From the NCBI RefSeq assembly GCF_018350175.1, contig NC_058368.1, forward strand, positions 111,726,001 to 111,790,000: a stretch of DNA of 64,000 nt, given 5' to 3'. The notes beneath the pieces were generated by a model. That model searched no databases. It saw nothing but the letters and a program-made list of their open reading frames with translations, and had not been told where the DNA came from. Made by a program: the position numbers and the translations under genes. The stretch is from Felis catus. Its lineage: Eukaryota. Within the stretch, counting starts at the first letter, position 1. Each line of letters opens with the position of its first letter. Of the stretch, positions 47,323 to 59,062 are shown piece after piece.

Positions 47323-49319
47323 GTAAGGGTCAGCTTTGAGTCTGGTCTTTGCTTTTTTCCTCCTTTTCTTTGAGTGCGAGCACTTGATTGACATCCTTGT
47401 CTGGTTCTTAGGTGAGAGGCTATTTGTTTCTATTTGTTGGGCTCCCCTTGTTTCCCCTGCTAAAATACATTTTGTTTTTCTGAAATAATAGAAAGACTAA
47501 TTTATGTATTTTTAAAACTAGGGACGTTAGCTGAATTCATCTGTGGACGCAAATGGAAGGAAAGGTGGTTTCCCCACTGGTTTCTCTGCTCCCTAACGTG
47601 AATTGTGGGAAGTTGAAAGTCTGGGTTGTTGCTTCCTCTGGTAACATTTCCCATCTCCCTAAATCATGCCACAGATGTGAAGTTTCAGTTTGATTTGGAT
47701 TCTGGTTTTATGCTTACAGAGGTACATGAAGACCCTGGCTTCGTAAATCTTTTTTGTTTTTCCACTTTTATTTTTAAATGTAGCTAGGCCCAAAGTTTAT
47801 GTCCATTTAGCTGACCTTTTCAATAGTAAGAGCTGTTTTATAAGGCAGCAGAAGTGAAAGTTATCAGCAAGGCTGCTTAATGTAAAGTATTTATGAATGA
47901 ACGTGCAAAAACCAATCTGGGGGTGTAAAACGTGGGGCTGTAGTCAGGCAGAACTGCTTGCGACTTGAGCCTTCTTTGCAGTCAAGCATAATTCATGCTG
48001 CTGTTAGCCCTTAAAACAGGAAATAATATACCCATTTAACTTAATCACAATTTATATTACATGTGCATATTTCTAAACAAATGTTGTAGATGGAGAGTTT
48101 GGTAGCAATAATATTTATGAATTACACTTTTAGTTAGCAAAGGAAATGTGTGACCTCTTACATTTGGTTTGACATTTGAATTTGGTGTTCAGTATATTTG
48201 ACAGGGGTGATGGATTCTCATTAGCTCCACGTATAAACAGGAAATGCTTCCTTGGTGAACAGTTATTAATGTGGGACATCCCTGAATTTGAATGTTTAGT
48301 TGCTTTTTCTGCTGGAGACTGTGAAACTTGCTTCAGGTCTGTCTTTAAAAAAACAAAAAACAGAAAACAAAACCCAAAAAGTAAAAAACCAGGTTTTAAT
48401 TTTGTGTCTTGCAAACCTGCCCAGCATACAAATTTATCCAACATCCAAGCTCTGAGAAATGGGAAATGGTTGACAAACTGGTGGCAAGTGAGGTCACCGA
48501 GGTCTGAGAGACAAGGAGCAGCCCCGGCTGCAGACACCCCGCCCCTGCCTTGTGGATTTTGCTCGCCTTAATTTCTAAATAAGATAACCTATAGGAATTA
48601 GAACGCGACGTGGGGGCACATTTGAGTAAGCTCGTACTTAACCTTTACTCATACCAGGATTAAAACAGTTCGTGCAAAACGGGAATCAGAACACGTTTGT
48701 GATGTGGCTTAAGGCAGCAATCTCATTGTCAATTTTTAGCACTCACTTGGTATTCTGCCATGATACCAGGAAATGGAAGCTGGAGGAAGGGTGTGGGGAG
48801 CTAGGAGAGACCTCTCATCTCGGACGGGAACGAGGGGAAACCAGGCCAGTGGGCTGGTGTCTGCCGTGGGCTGGGGTGGGGGGGGGACCCTGTGCTCAGC
48901 CCCCTCTGAGGAATGCTTAGAATCTAATTAGAAGTTAGTGAGAAACCCGGAAAGTGAAGCTGGCAGGCCCTTAATCTGAATTTCAGGTCTTCAGAAGGAG
49001 AAAGTAGCGTTTTTATTGTTGGAGGTCAAAGTTTAAATTTAGTTTATATCAGATTACCAAAATACGCTTTTGGTAAGGTTAGATTCTCATGCTCGGAGAG
49101 TCGGAGTGTAATGAAAGCAAACAGGGCCAGAGATAATCCCATTACAGATGAACTCTTCACTCGAAGCTCAGCCATTTGGGAACCATAATAACACCATCTC
49201 AGCAAGAAGATAAAGGCCAAGAGCGGGCAGGGCTGCGAAGGAACCTCGCTGACCATCCTGTTTAACATATCCCCTTCCCCTCCTGGCACGCCCTGCCCTT
49301 GAGTTGGTTAGTTTTTCTT

Positions 49320-49452
49320 CTGCTTCCCCTACTAAAATTTAAGACCCCCGAGGGTAGAGATTTTTGTCTATTTTATTCACTGCTCTGTACTCACCAAGTA
49401 GAGCACAGCCTGCCTCCTACGAAGCACTCACCAAATATTTGATGCATGAATG
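49320..49452 (+). mobile_element. L2 3' tail
   Basis: CCCTACTAAAATTTAAG...GAGGGTAGAGATTTTTGTCTATTTTATTCACTGCT...GCACTCACCAAATATTTGATGCATGAATG. Confidence 0.75.
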
Positions 49453-50838
49453 CGTGAAGAAACCTCGTTTCCTTTGAGCAGAAAGCGAAGGTTTTTAAAA
49501 TCAAAGATTTTTAAACTAAAGTAGGGGGCCAGCCTCTCTTTGGATTTTAGGAGTAGCAGTGATTGCCCCGGAAGGAGGAAGGTGTCATCATTCCTATGGG
49601 TTCTGGAAGGGAAGCTCCAAGTCGTAGACTGGGGGCGGGGCGGGGGGGTTGCTGCCAGCTCTGAGGCCGTGAGGTCAGGAGTCATACCTGCCCTGGTGCC
49701 TAAGGCCTTGCACCTAGCTATGGATGCTCCGTAGCTATGCTCCATGGCTGAGTGTCGAGCTGGATAGAATTAATGAGGAGTTATGTTGGAAGAACACTCA
49801 GTTGTCTGTCTGGAAGGTACTGTCTCCCCCCTCAGGACCATGAATCAGTATAGGCCGAGCCGGACCAAGTGAACACCTCCAGGGGCCGACTGGAAATGGG
49901 CAGGTGGATTCTCCTGCACATTCCCAGGATATGCACCTAGCAGGTCCATGTCATCCAGGTTGGGGAGAAGCGTCTGAGAGAAGGGGCTGGCTGGCAGGAA
50001 GGGACACATCTCTCCTTGGAGCCGGCCTTGCTGTTCCTGAGCAGTGTTCCTGAGGCAGAAGCCTCAGCCAGACATTCCAGGATTTGAAATAAAAAGTGTC
50101 ACTGTTTTTGACTAAGGATGTGCCTGTGGGAAACCTACCCTCCTTATCTTGATTCCTCCTTTACAAATCATGGGAAGTAGACCAAACTGCTTATGCCTCT
50201 AATGAAAATAATTTGCAGACGAGCCTTTTTCCTCCTTCCCCCACGGAAAATAATCCACAAACTGTCCTCTTGTATTCAAATACTCCCTTAAGAATATTGT
50301 TAGGAGCCACTGTTTTCTTTTGGTCTCTCAAAACTAAACATTGTCGATTTGTGTTCCAAGCCCCAGATCCCAACTCTTAGCTCCCAGCCCCTTGGTCGTA
50401 TTATCGCTCTGCCAGACACTACGGCAGGAAGGCAGAGGCTTCTGCAGCAAAGACCAATTCCTTGAACCGACTCTGATCCTTCACTCACGGCCTGAGCTCC
50501 TCTCTGGCGTGGCACCTTGCAGGGAAGCATGAACCTGTCAGGTCTGGTTGTTGGCCTCAGCAGCTTAGATAGATACCAGCCGGCAAGATGGCAGCTGTCT
50601 GGGAGCTTCTGAGTGGGGCGGGTCGGCCTGAGGTGGGGGAGTGGGGGGCGGGGTGCTGTGGGAGCGAGTTGGACTGGGCCGGGGGTGGACACAGATCTGT
50701 GACCCCAGAGGTGATCCTCACAGGCCTGCGGTCCCTGGGGGAGGCGCCCATCCTTTGGAGGGCCTGCCTTTGGCTCAGCACTGGGGCTGAGAGCTGTCTG
50801 GCTGTGAATCGTTCCCCAGAGAACCGATGCAGTGAAGG

Positions 50839-50849
50839 GAAACCGAAAC
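50839..50849 (+). promoter_or_regulatory. ISRE/IRF consensus site
   Basis: GAAACCGAAAC (GAAANNGAAA) in a CpG-rich patch; motif match only. Confidence 0.3.
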
Positions 50850-51716
50850 CGCTTCTTTGTGGCGGCAGGGTGCGGACCCACGCGCAGACTCTCGTTTACC
50901 TGTGCCACCGAGGCCGGCGGAGCTCAGGGAGCGTTGCTGGGCACCGCAGTGTGCCAGGCCCTCTCCTGGACCCCGGCCTGCCGTTATCCGGCTCGTTCAC
51001 AGCCAGGGCCCTTTTGTTCGGGCTGCTCCAAGCTTGTGTTCCCCTAATCCTCCGTTCATCCAAGTCCTTGCGTTCTCAAAGCCAGGGGAGCCTCCGCCAT
51101 GAAGCCCCCCCAGAATACCCAGATCCTGCCTCTGAATCCGTGTGGATTTTCAATGGTTTCCTAAGGGCTTTGTGTTTCCAAGAGCTCTGTGAGCTCCTTG
51201 AGTGCGGGGGCAGTGTCGCTGCGATTAAGTAGTGCCCTCCCCATGTGAAGGCTTAGCTACCTCCTCTCCCTTCCCACTGGACTTTGTCTTTTGGAATGAG
51301 TAAAACATTCCTGCCTAAAAATTCTGTAAAACTAACGTGTTGATGCTAAAGAGCCAAACAATACAGAGTATATACAGAAAAAGTTAATAGTTCGTGGGTC
51401 TTTCCTTCTAGTCTCATTGCCTGGGGGATACCCGTGTTCACGATACAGTGTGTTCACTACATGTACATCTCTTTCCATACACAAACTTCAGTTAAAATGC
51501 ATACACGTATATTGGGATTTTACTTTTTCCTCCTTATTTATGAAGTGGAATGTGGCTCATACTAAACATCTTCACATTGCTTTTCAATGAAGCACCCCAT
51601 CATGGTATGGCATTAGTCAATTTGCTTTTTAAAAAAAGGCTCCTTTATCAATAGGGGGCATAGGCAAAGTCATCCTTCTGACATGCATGAATAGCTTTTA
51701 AAAATAGTAAGAAATT

Positions 51717-51920
51717 GGGGCGCCTGGGTGGCTCGGTAGCTTAAGCATCTGACTTCGGCTCAGATCATGATCTCACGGTTTGTGGTTCAAGCCCATGCGT
51801 TGGGCTCTGTGCTGACTGCTCAGGGCCTGGAGCCTGCTTCAAATTCTGTGTCTCCCTCTGTCTCTGCCCCTCCCCACTCATGCTCTGTCTCTCTGAAAAA
51901 TGAAATAAACATTTAAAAAA
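51717..51920 (+). mobile_element. Can-SINE
   Basis: GGGGCGCCTGGGTGGCTCGG head, full body, tail runs into an 11-bp tandem repeat. Confidence 0.95.
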
Positions 51921-52129
51921 ATATTAAGAAAATATTAAGAAAATATTAAAAAAATATTAAGAAAAAGGAAAATAAAAAGAAGTAGACTCAGTAATAAAAA
52001 CGAACGATGTTAAAGGATGCATTATAATACGTGGGTAATTAATAATGAAAAAAAAAAACATCCTGACTTCTTTCTGGTAAGCTGTCATTTATTCTATCAT
52101 TTATCTTGAGTGGTATCACACATAACACA

Positions 52130-52372
52130 ATTTACTCAGTACTTCACCCGAGGGATTGATTTTAGTTTTTTGCCCTAACAAACGATGCCACAATAAACAT
52201 TCTTGTAGGTATGGCCTATTGGACATAATTCCTAAAAGTGAGGATTTGGGCATTTTAAATTTTCTTGGATGCTTCTAGACACTCTGGCAGTGAATGAGTG
52301 CTCCTGCTTCTCTACACCCTCCCCAGCTCTAGCCTAGTTTGCTTTCATTTTGTCAATCTGATGGGTTACATT
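52130..52372 (-). mobile_element. Old L1 (L1ME-like) fragment; probably extends back to ~51340
   Basis: AAACGATGCCACAATAAACATTCTTGTA...AATTCCTAAAAGTG...TTTGTCAATCTGATGGG, an antisense ORF2-end signature. Confidence 0.55.
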
Positions 52373-52393
52373 TGTTATTAAAAAAAAAAAAAA

Positions 52394-52629
52394 TTAATGT
52401 TTATTAGTTTTGAGAGGGAGGGAGAGGGAGGGAGAGAGAGGGAGAGACAGACAGACAGACAGTGCGAGCGGGGGAAGGGCAGAGAGAGTGGGAGACACAG
52501 AATCCGAAGCAGGCTTCAGGCTCTGAGAGGTCAGCACAGAGCCCATTGTGGGACTCAAATCCATGAACCGTGAGATCATGACCTGAAGCGAAGTCGGACG
52601 GTTAACCGACTGAATCACCCGTGTGCCCC
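52394..52629 (-). mobile_element. Can-SINE
   Basis: Antisense body CACAGAATCCGAAGCAGGC...GTCGGACGGTTAACCGACTGA...GTGCCCC. Confidence 0.95.
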
Positions 52630-54075
52630 TATACTTTTTTTTTTTTAAATTTAGAGCATTAATTTGCCAGGAAGCCATCTATGTATAGACATGCAGAGGC
52701 ATCTAGTTTTATGTAATAGTTGCTTTTGGACTGACTGAGTATCCACAGGGGGAAAAAACTGAAACAAAATATCCTTTCCCACTGACTACACCTGTGTCAT
52801 ATATGGAGTTACTCTACCCTTGTGATATATTAGGTTCCCAGGCCTTACTTTGAAAACCTTACCTTTGGGGTAGAAGACAGCACCCATTGTCCACATAACA
52901 TACAAGGCATCCACATGAGCACCAGGTAAATCTCTCTTGGCTTGACATTTAGCTGTCAGCAGAGAAAGGGGTGGGTTTGGATCACTTACTCTCAAACTCA
53001 GTCCTATGCAAAGCTCTCAAAGCAGCAAACATCACTTCTTTTGGCTTGGAAAAAAAAAAAAAAACACACCAAATTTTGAATTATGGCAACCCCAAGCGGT
53101 GCCCTAAATCACCAGGCTTCTTACGTGCTGGTGACAACAGAGCCCGGGTGTAAGAGGTCCTGGTCAGAGGCACCCTTGTCCTCGGGAGGTTTGGGGGCGG
53201 TGTCTGTCTGGCTTTCTTTTCAGTATCTACTCCGGGGCTGAGATTTTCTTTAGGCCAAGTTTCAGCCTGGAGCAAATTTTTTATGGCTGTGAGCTAATCC
53301 CCTAGCAAACCCTGGTTTATATAGAAATGCTGACACAGTGCTAGTTCTGGTGATTCAACTGGGGCGGCTGGGCTATTTATGGTTCCCTGATGCCAATCAG
53401 GGATAATTCTCATTAAATAGAATCAGTTTCTGTTGGGACAGGGATCCCACTTTTTCTCCCCATTGGGGTGGTGGAACTTCTTGCCCCGAGACCTGAGCAA
53501 GTGGGCGGCTGCCTGTTGGGAGGCCTGCCTGAAAGGCGGCTTGAGCTGCAGTAAGTTACAACCAAGGTGGGCTTTTCATCCTGGGATTGCAAGAGCCTTA
53601 GAAACAAATAAATATTTTCATCTCCTATTTTGTCTCTGGGCACTGGGCCTAAAACGCGTCTTGATTCTTCTCAGTGAAACTAGGGGGAGAAGCTGAGGAT
53701 GACTTAATTCCCTTTTCCTCTTCCCCTTTCGGCACTTCTTTCTTTGTTCTGAGGATTTGGAGCTGGGGTCCTGAGCAGCCACTGTTTGCGGGCATGAGCC
53801 AATGGAGCTGGATCCGGGGGCGTGACGCAGTGTGCATCCTGGACGCCTCCGGCCTGTGCCCAGTGTGGGCAGCCTCCGGGTGGGGCTGATGGGGACACGG
53901 TGTGCATTTGGGACTAACAGGAGGGGCTGGTCCTTGGGGTGGGCTTCTTTTCCATTATCAGCAGATAAGAATCTTCAGTTTTGGTTTGAGCCTTTGGAAG
54001 AGCCAGGAAGCACATTGTTTCCATTCTTTGATTGTCTCTTTCTACCTAAGGGCCAAACTTAAAAAAAAAAAAAAA

Positions 54076-54255
54076 TTTGTGGTAAACTAGTCATAACATA
54101 CAATTTAAACATTTGCAGGTATACAGTTCATTGGTATTAGGTAAATTTACACTACTGTTCAACCTTGACCACCATCCATCTCCAGAGTTCTGCCTCTGCC
54201 CCAACTGATGCTCGGTCCCCGTTAAACACTAACTCCCCACTGCCTGGGCGACAGG
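54076..54255 (-). mobile_element. L1MB-like 3' terminal fragment
   Basis: TTTGTGGTAAA...CATAACATACAATTTA...TATACAGTTCATTGGTATTAGG...CACCATCCATCTCCAGA...TTAAACACTAACTCCCC. Confidence 0.7.
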
Positions 54256-54534
54256 TTTTTGCCACTACAGGATGAGGGCATTGGAGCCCTGAGCTCTGAT
54301 GGGTCTGAGGTAGGTAGAGGGGGGAATTGACCTTGCGGATGCCATGTGGCCTGGGTCCTTTTTATACTCCTTTTTCCCCAGGGCCACCTGCCAAGTTCAC
54401 TTGTCACTGCTACCCGGGGTCCTATTAGGATGGCTCTCAGGGGCCCCGAGGAGCAGCCATCTCCCTATGGAAGGGGACCTCTTCACCTTGTCAAACCTGT
54501 CCCAGGAACATTCATGGGATTAGACAGGCCGGCA

Positions 54535-54660
54535 AATGTCATTATCCCCTTTTGTCAGGGGAGATGCTGAGAACAACAAGGCAAGCAATGTGCCCAGTTA
54601 TCAAGTGGCCGAGCTGGGACTTGAACTGGGGCCACTTCCCTCCAGAGTCTGTGCCCTAAC
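54535..54660 (-). mobile_element. MIR fragment
   Basis: CATTATCCCCTTTT...AAGTGGCCGAGCTGGGACTTGAACT. Confidence 0.55.
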
Positions 54661-56770
54661 CAATTCTGGGTATTTATCGACAGATGCTGGGCTCTCAGAA
54701 TGGTCCCCAGGCCAACAGGGTCATCCCAGGAGCACCCAGATTTTCCTTTAGCTCATTGAGGCCTCCAGAGTGGCCCCAGCTCATTCATGGCCTTTGAAGT
54801 GAGCCCTGTCAGAAGTGGGGCAGCCTTGTATTTCACCAGCTTTTATGGGGCCTGTCAGGGGATGGAAGCACTTAGAGATGGCAGGCAGATAAAGGATGGG
54901 CCGGGCCTGCCTTGATAAGGTGGCCCAAGATGGGGGGAAGTAAGAGGGAGGGGAGTTGGACACTGAAGCCGCCAGGGCTGTGGTTTCTGCATGGGAGTGT
55001 GATTTCTGCCAGAGCCGGAGAAGCTGTGAAGACAGGCTGGCGGCCACAGGATTTAGTGGTTTAGCTTTGTTGAAATCCTCAACTTCAAGGACTTCCTCTG
55101 GTGACTGAGTTTTGTTAGGCTAATTAAGAGCAAGCCCCGAAGAGTGACTGGCCAGCTGAGGAGGAGGGACAAAAAGGGTGGGTGAGGGATGCCCAGATGG
55201 CTGGGGAGGAAGGAGCTGGTGTCCCTCCTGATGGGCGAGGGCCCGTTCATGACCCCCAAGACAGATGGTGAGGAAGATCCTGGGGTGAGGACCTGTTCCA
55301 CCTTTTACGGCTGCTCTTCCTTCCAAGGACTCTTCTTCTCAAAGCCCTGCCAGGCCTGGGAACCCATCTGGGGCTGGGACCAGTGGGGGCCTGGCCCCTG
55401 GTGGTGCTTGTGCATCCTTGAATTCAGGGTCATCATCTTGCTCCCACAGATGAGCCTGGCTGGAGACTACAACTTGGGACATGTCTTGTGAGGGGTCATG
55501 GGCTTGGGATTAGGGGAGGAGGCTGAGCATGGGGCGGGGGAGGGGGGCAGGCAGGGGCAGAAGACACTCTTGGATGAAGGGCTCCTCAGGGCTTTTCTGC
55601 GTTCAGAAAATAGGAAGGGCCCTGTTAACTAGTCTAATCCTCCCCTGAACCCCTGTGATGTGAGATGGGTATTATTATCATCCGTATTTTACAACTCGGA
55701 GAGTTTGAATCATTCATCGGGTGTCACAGAGAGTGTATTTGAACCTACGTCTGATTCCAGAGCCTCTTAAGTGCAGGTTATAGAACTGGCAGAAATGCTT
55801 GTTTTGGCCGTCTGCCCTCAGACAGATGGGAAGAGTCAGGCGTGGGATAGGGTCCAGCTCACCTATGGCCTGACTTCAGTTCCCTCAGTTTAAGAGGCTT
55901 CCTGGGTGCAGTCTGTCAGAAGCCAAGCTTGTGACAGGTAAGGGTGAACTTGGAGGTGCCCACTGGGCCCTCTGGGGGATAGCTGTCCCCTAGCCTGGAG
56001 GGCTGTGCCTGCTGCACAGTGCTGGGAACAGGACGGAGGAAGCCTTGGAAGGCAGGGCCATGTGGGAAGTCCCTGCTCACACCCCAAGAAGCCGAATAAC
56101 AAGCCAGGCGCCTCCTGCCATGGAGAATGGAGCAGGAGGCAAGGCAGAGGAGCCAGCTGAGGCACAAGAGGTAAGGGAGGAGGTCTGGGAGCTGGGAGCT
56201 CTTGCCTAGGGTGGAGAGCAGGAAGCTGGGTCTGGTAGGATGAGCAGGAGTTGGAGGGTAGCCCCAAGTCAGGGAGAGCATTGCTCCTAGGCAGAAGAGC
56301 CTAGTGGTCTTTGGGAGTTAAAATCCTGGCTCTGCTCTTTGTGGCCTTGAACAGCATGACCTCTCTGTGCCTTCCCTCATCCCTGGGGATAATGATAGCA
56401 CATGCGGTGTGTGGTTGTTTTGAAGATCAGAAAAATTAACGCAGATAGAAAGGTAGGTCTGTACCCAGTAAGCTGTGGGGTGACTGGGCTGTGGGCTGCT
56501 ATTACTTTCCCAGCTGAGAAACACGAGTAGCCACAACGTTGGGGCGAAGGTAGAGGAAGGGGGCCGGCTTCTTGGCCTGGGAGTGGGTAGGCCACCCTTG
56601 TCTTCCTGGCCTGGCTTCCTGGCCACCTTCTCTCTTACATGGGTCTTCCCCAGTACGTCATGTCCATGCTGCCGGAGAACATTTCCTGGGACTGGTAGTG
56701 TTGCTCCAACTTGATTAAGAATTGAAGCTTGTAGAGAACACAGTCTCAGACTGTGGAGAGTCTTGCACAC

Positions 56771-56960
56771 TTTTCGCTTTAAGAGAAAGAGCATGTAAGT
56801 GGGGGAGAGCAGCAGAAGGAAAGAGAGAGAGAGAGAGAGAGAGAGAATGTCAAGCAGGCCCCATGCTCAGCACAGAGCCTTAATCCCACGACCCTAGGAT
56901 CATGACCTGAGCCGAAATGAAGAGTTGGACACTCAACCAACTGAGCCACCCAGGCACTCC
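56771..56960 (-). mobile_element. Can-SINE
   Basis: (GA)n tract, then ATCATGACCTGAGCCGAAATGAAGAGTTGGACACTCAACCAACTGAGCCACCCAGGCAC. Confidence 0.9.
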
Positions 56961-57061
56961 TGCGTCATTTGTTGATTGGTCTTCATCCTCCCCATGAAAG
57001 GCCTGGGAGGACGAACCAGCCCTTGGTTTTGACCTCAAAGAGCTCATAGTCAAGAGAGCAG

Positions 57062-57185
57062 ACATTCATTCATTCCTGAATTCACTCAGCTACCACTTCC
57101 TTAGCACCTACTTTGTGCCAGGGACCTTTCTAGACACTGAGAACCCTGTAGGAAACAGGACAGTCATCTCCTGCCTACATGCCAG
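57062..57185 (-). mobile_element. L2 tail fragment
   Basis: CATTCATTCATTC...AGCACCTACTTTGTGCCAGGGAC...CTAGACACTGAG. Confidence 0.65.
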
Positions 57186-57289
57186 ACTGGTGGCTTGCAT
57201 TTCCAGAGTGGCCTCAAGATGCATGGGATCTGCAGTGGCCAACCTGATTCTTAGTCCCTACTCTGTGGCAGGCACTGGGAGTCAAATAG

Positions 57290-57500
57290 TAGATGATATG
57301 GCTGAGTGGTTAGCGCCTGGGTTTATATCTGAGCTCTGCCATTTCCTGCTCTGAGACGCTACACACGGACTTGACCTCTTTGTACCTATTCTTTGTCTGT
57401 AAAATGAGGATACTAACGAAACCTTCCTCAAAAGGTTATGAAAAATGAGATGGTGTGTGAGAAGTGCGCAGCCTTCAGCACCCTAGCAGTACTTAGAGAA
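57290..57500 (+). mobile_element. MIR SINE
   Basis: GCTCTGCCATTTCCTGCT...TCTGTAAAATGAGGATACTAA...ACCTTCCTCA. Confidence 0.65.
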
Positions 57501-58011
57501 TGTCCACCTGTCAGGACCACTGTCTTTCTTGCCCTCTCCTTGCCTGTAGGTGCTCAGAGCAGACCCTGGAAGGACTCTCCTCTCCTTCTAGTTTATTACA
57601 GGATTTGACATCAAGTAGTATTCAAAAAATAAGGTGCATAATTCTGGTTCCAAGTTAACTGAGTTCCTTACTTTCTAAATAATCTTTAACAATTGGTCAG
57701 GAAAAAACGCAGATAACCGAATGGAAAGATAGTTGAAGGCTTGAGCAAGCAGCCCACAGAAAAGAAAATAGGTACAACTTTGAAGCAAATGGGAAGAAGC
57801 CCAGCCTTAGCTATATTTTTTTAAAATGTCTATTAACACAGCCAGATGCATTTTTCACTTTGCAGACTGGTGAAGGCTTGCACATTTTCTGGTATCTTCT
57901 GTTGCACAGGGTGTGGCCAAGAGGCATAGTCCCATATGGTGGAGAGTAGGAGCTAGTGTTAAGACCTGTGGAGGAAAGTTTGGCAATGGTGTTAAAAATG
58001 TACCATCCTCA

Positions 58012-58200
58012 GGGCGCCTGGGTGGCTCAGTCGGTTAAGTGTCTGATTCTTGGTTTCAGCTCAGGTCATGATCTCACAGTTCATGGGTTTAAGTCCATGC
58101 TCAGCACAGGGCCTGCTTGGGATTCTTCCCCCCCCCCCCCGCCCCTCCGCTGCTTTCTTGTTTTCTCTCTCTCTCTCTCTCTCAAAATAAATAAATATTT
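58012..58200 (+). mobile_element. Can-SINE
   Basis: GGGCGCCTGGGTGGCTCAGTCGGTTAAG head, CT tract, AAAATAAATAAA tail. Confidence 0.93.
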
Positions 58201-58673
58201 CAAGAATGCATCATTTCTCTGATTTAGCAATCCCACATGCAAGATTTTATCTTATGGGTATGTCCATAAGTAAATGCAGTGGTATGCATTTGAGGACATT
58301 TGTTACATCCCTGTTTATCCCAGAGAAAAAACAGAGCTAGAAACATCCCCCGATAAAAGACTGGTTAAGGTACATCTGTGTAATGGAATACCCACAGCTG
58401 TTTAGAGGGCCTATTCTGTATTTTGGAGATCATCATACATCGCCAAGAGGCACATTAAGTAAGTTAACAGAACAAGGAAAGTTCCTAGCAGTATGCACAG
58501 AGTGCTCTCATTTGGATAAAATAAATAAAAGGTATGTGGCAATACATATGTTTATGTGTTTGGAAGCATACCCTAAGAAATGCCTAACAAACTTCTCACA
58601 GTGACTTGATTTTCTTTAGATATAGGTCCCTAGGAGCTTGAGAAGAGAGGGAGACCGTTTATCCTACCTTTTC

Positions 58674-58870
58674 TTTTTTTATGTTTATTTATTTATTTTA
58701 AGAGAGAGAGAGAGAGAGAGCGCGCGTGCGCGAGCGCATGTGCAAGAGAGGGAGAGACTCTCAACCAGGCTCCATCCCCAGCAGAGAGACCTACATGGGG
58801 CTCTATCCTGTGAAACTCAACGTCATGACCTGAGCCAAAATCAAAAGTCACAGAGCCACCCAGGCACCCC
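58674..58870 (-). mobile_element. Can-SINE (diverged)
   Basis: T-rich tail, (GA)n, CATGACCTGAGCCAAAATCAA...GAGCCACCCAGGCACCCC; TACCTTTTC on both flanks. Confidence 0.88.
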
Positions 58871-59009
58871 TCACGTACCTTTTCATACTGTCAGAATTTT
58901 TAAATTATCTGCATGAGTTACTTTTATAATTTTAAAGAGAAAAAAACCATGGAAGCTTCTCATTTGTAGTTAAAACTTTTGTAGTTAAAAGATGAAACCT
59001 TGTTTCAAG

Positions 59010-59010
<1 letters not shown>

Positions 59011-59060
<50 letters not shown>
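59011..59060. repeat. (TG)25 microsatellite
   Basis: Perfect TG run read directly. Confidence 0.97.

Positions 59061-59062
<2 letters not shown>

Larger units (their letters stand above)
57665..58945 (+). mobile_element. Old L1 3' portion (L1ME-like) with two nested SINEs
   Basis: Degenerate ORF2-end/3'UTR motifs (TGTGGAGGAAAGTTTGGCAAT, TTTAGCAATCCCAC, TAATGGAATAC) and an A-rich end at ~58940. Confidence 0.6.

Noticed and set aside
50300..51232. 202-aa and 214-aa antiparallel ORFs
   Set aside because: No recognisable protein family; expected in a GC-rich patch
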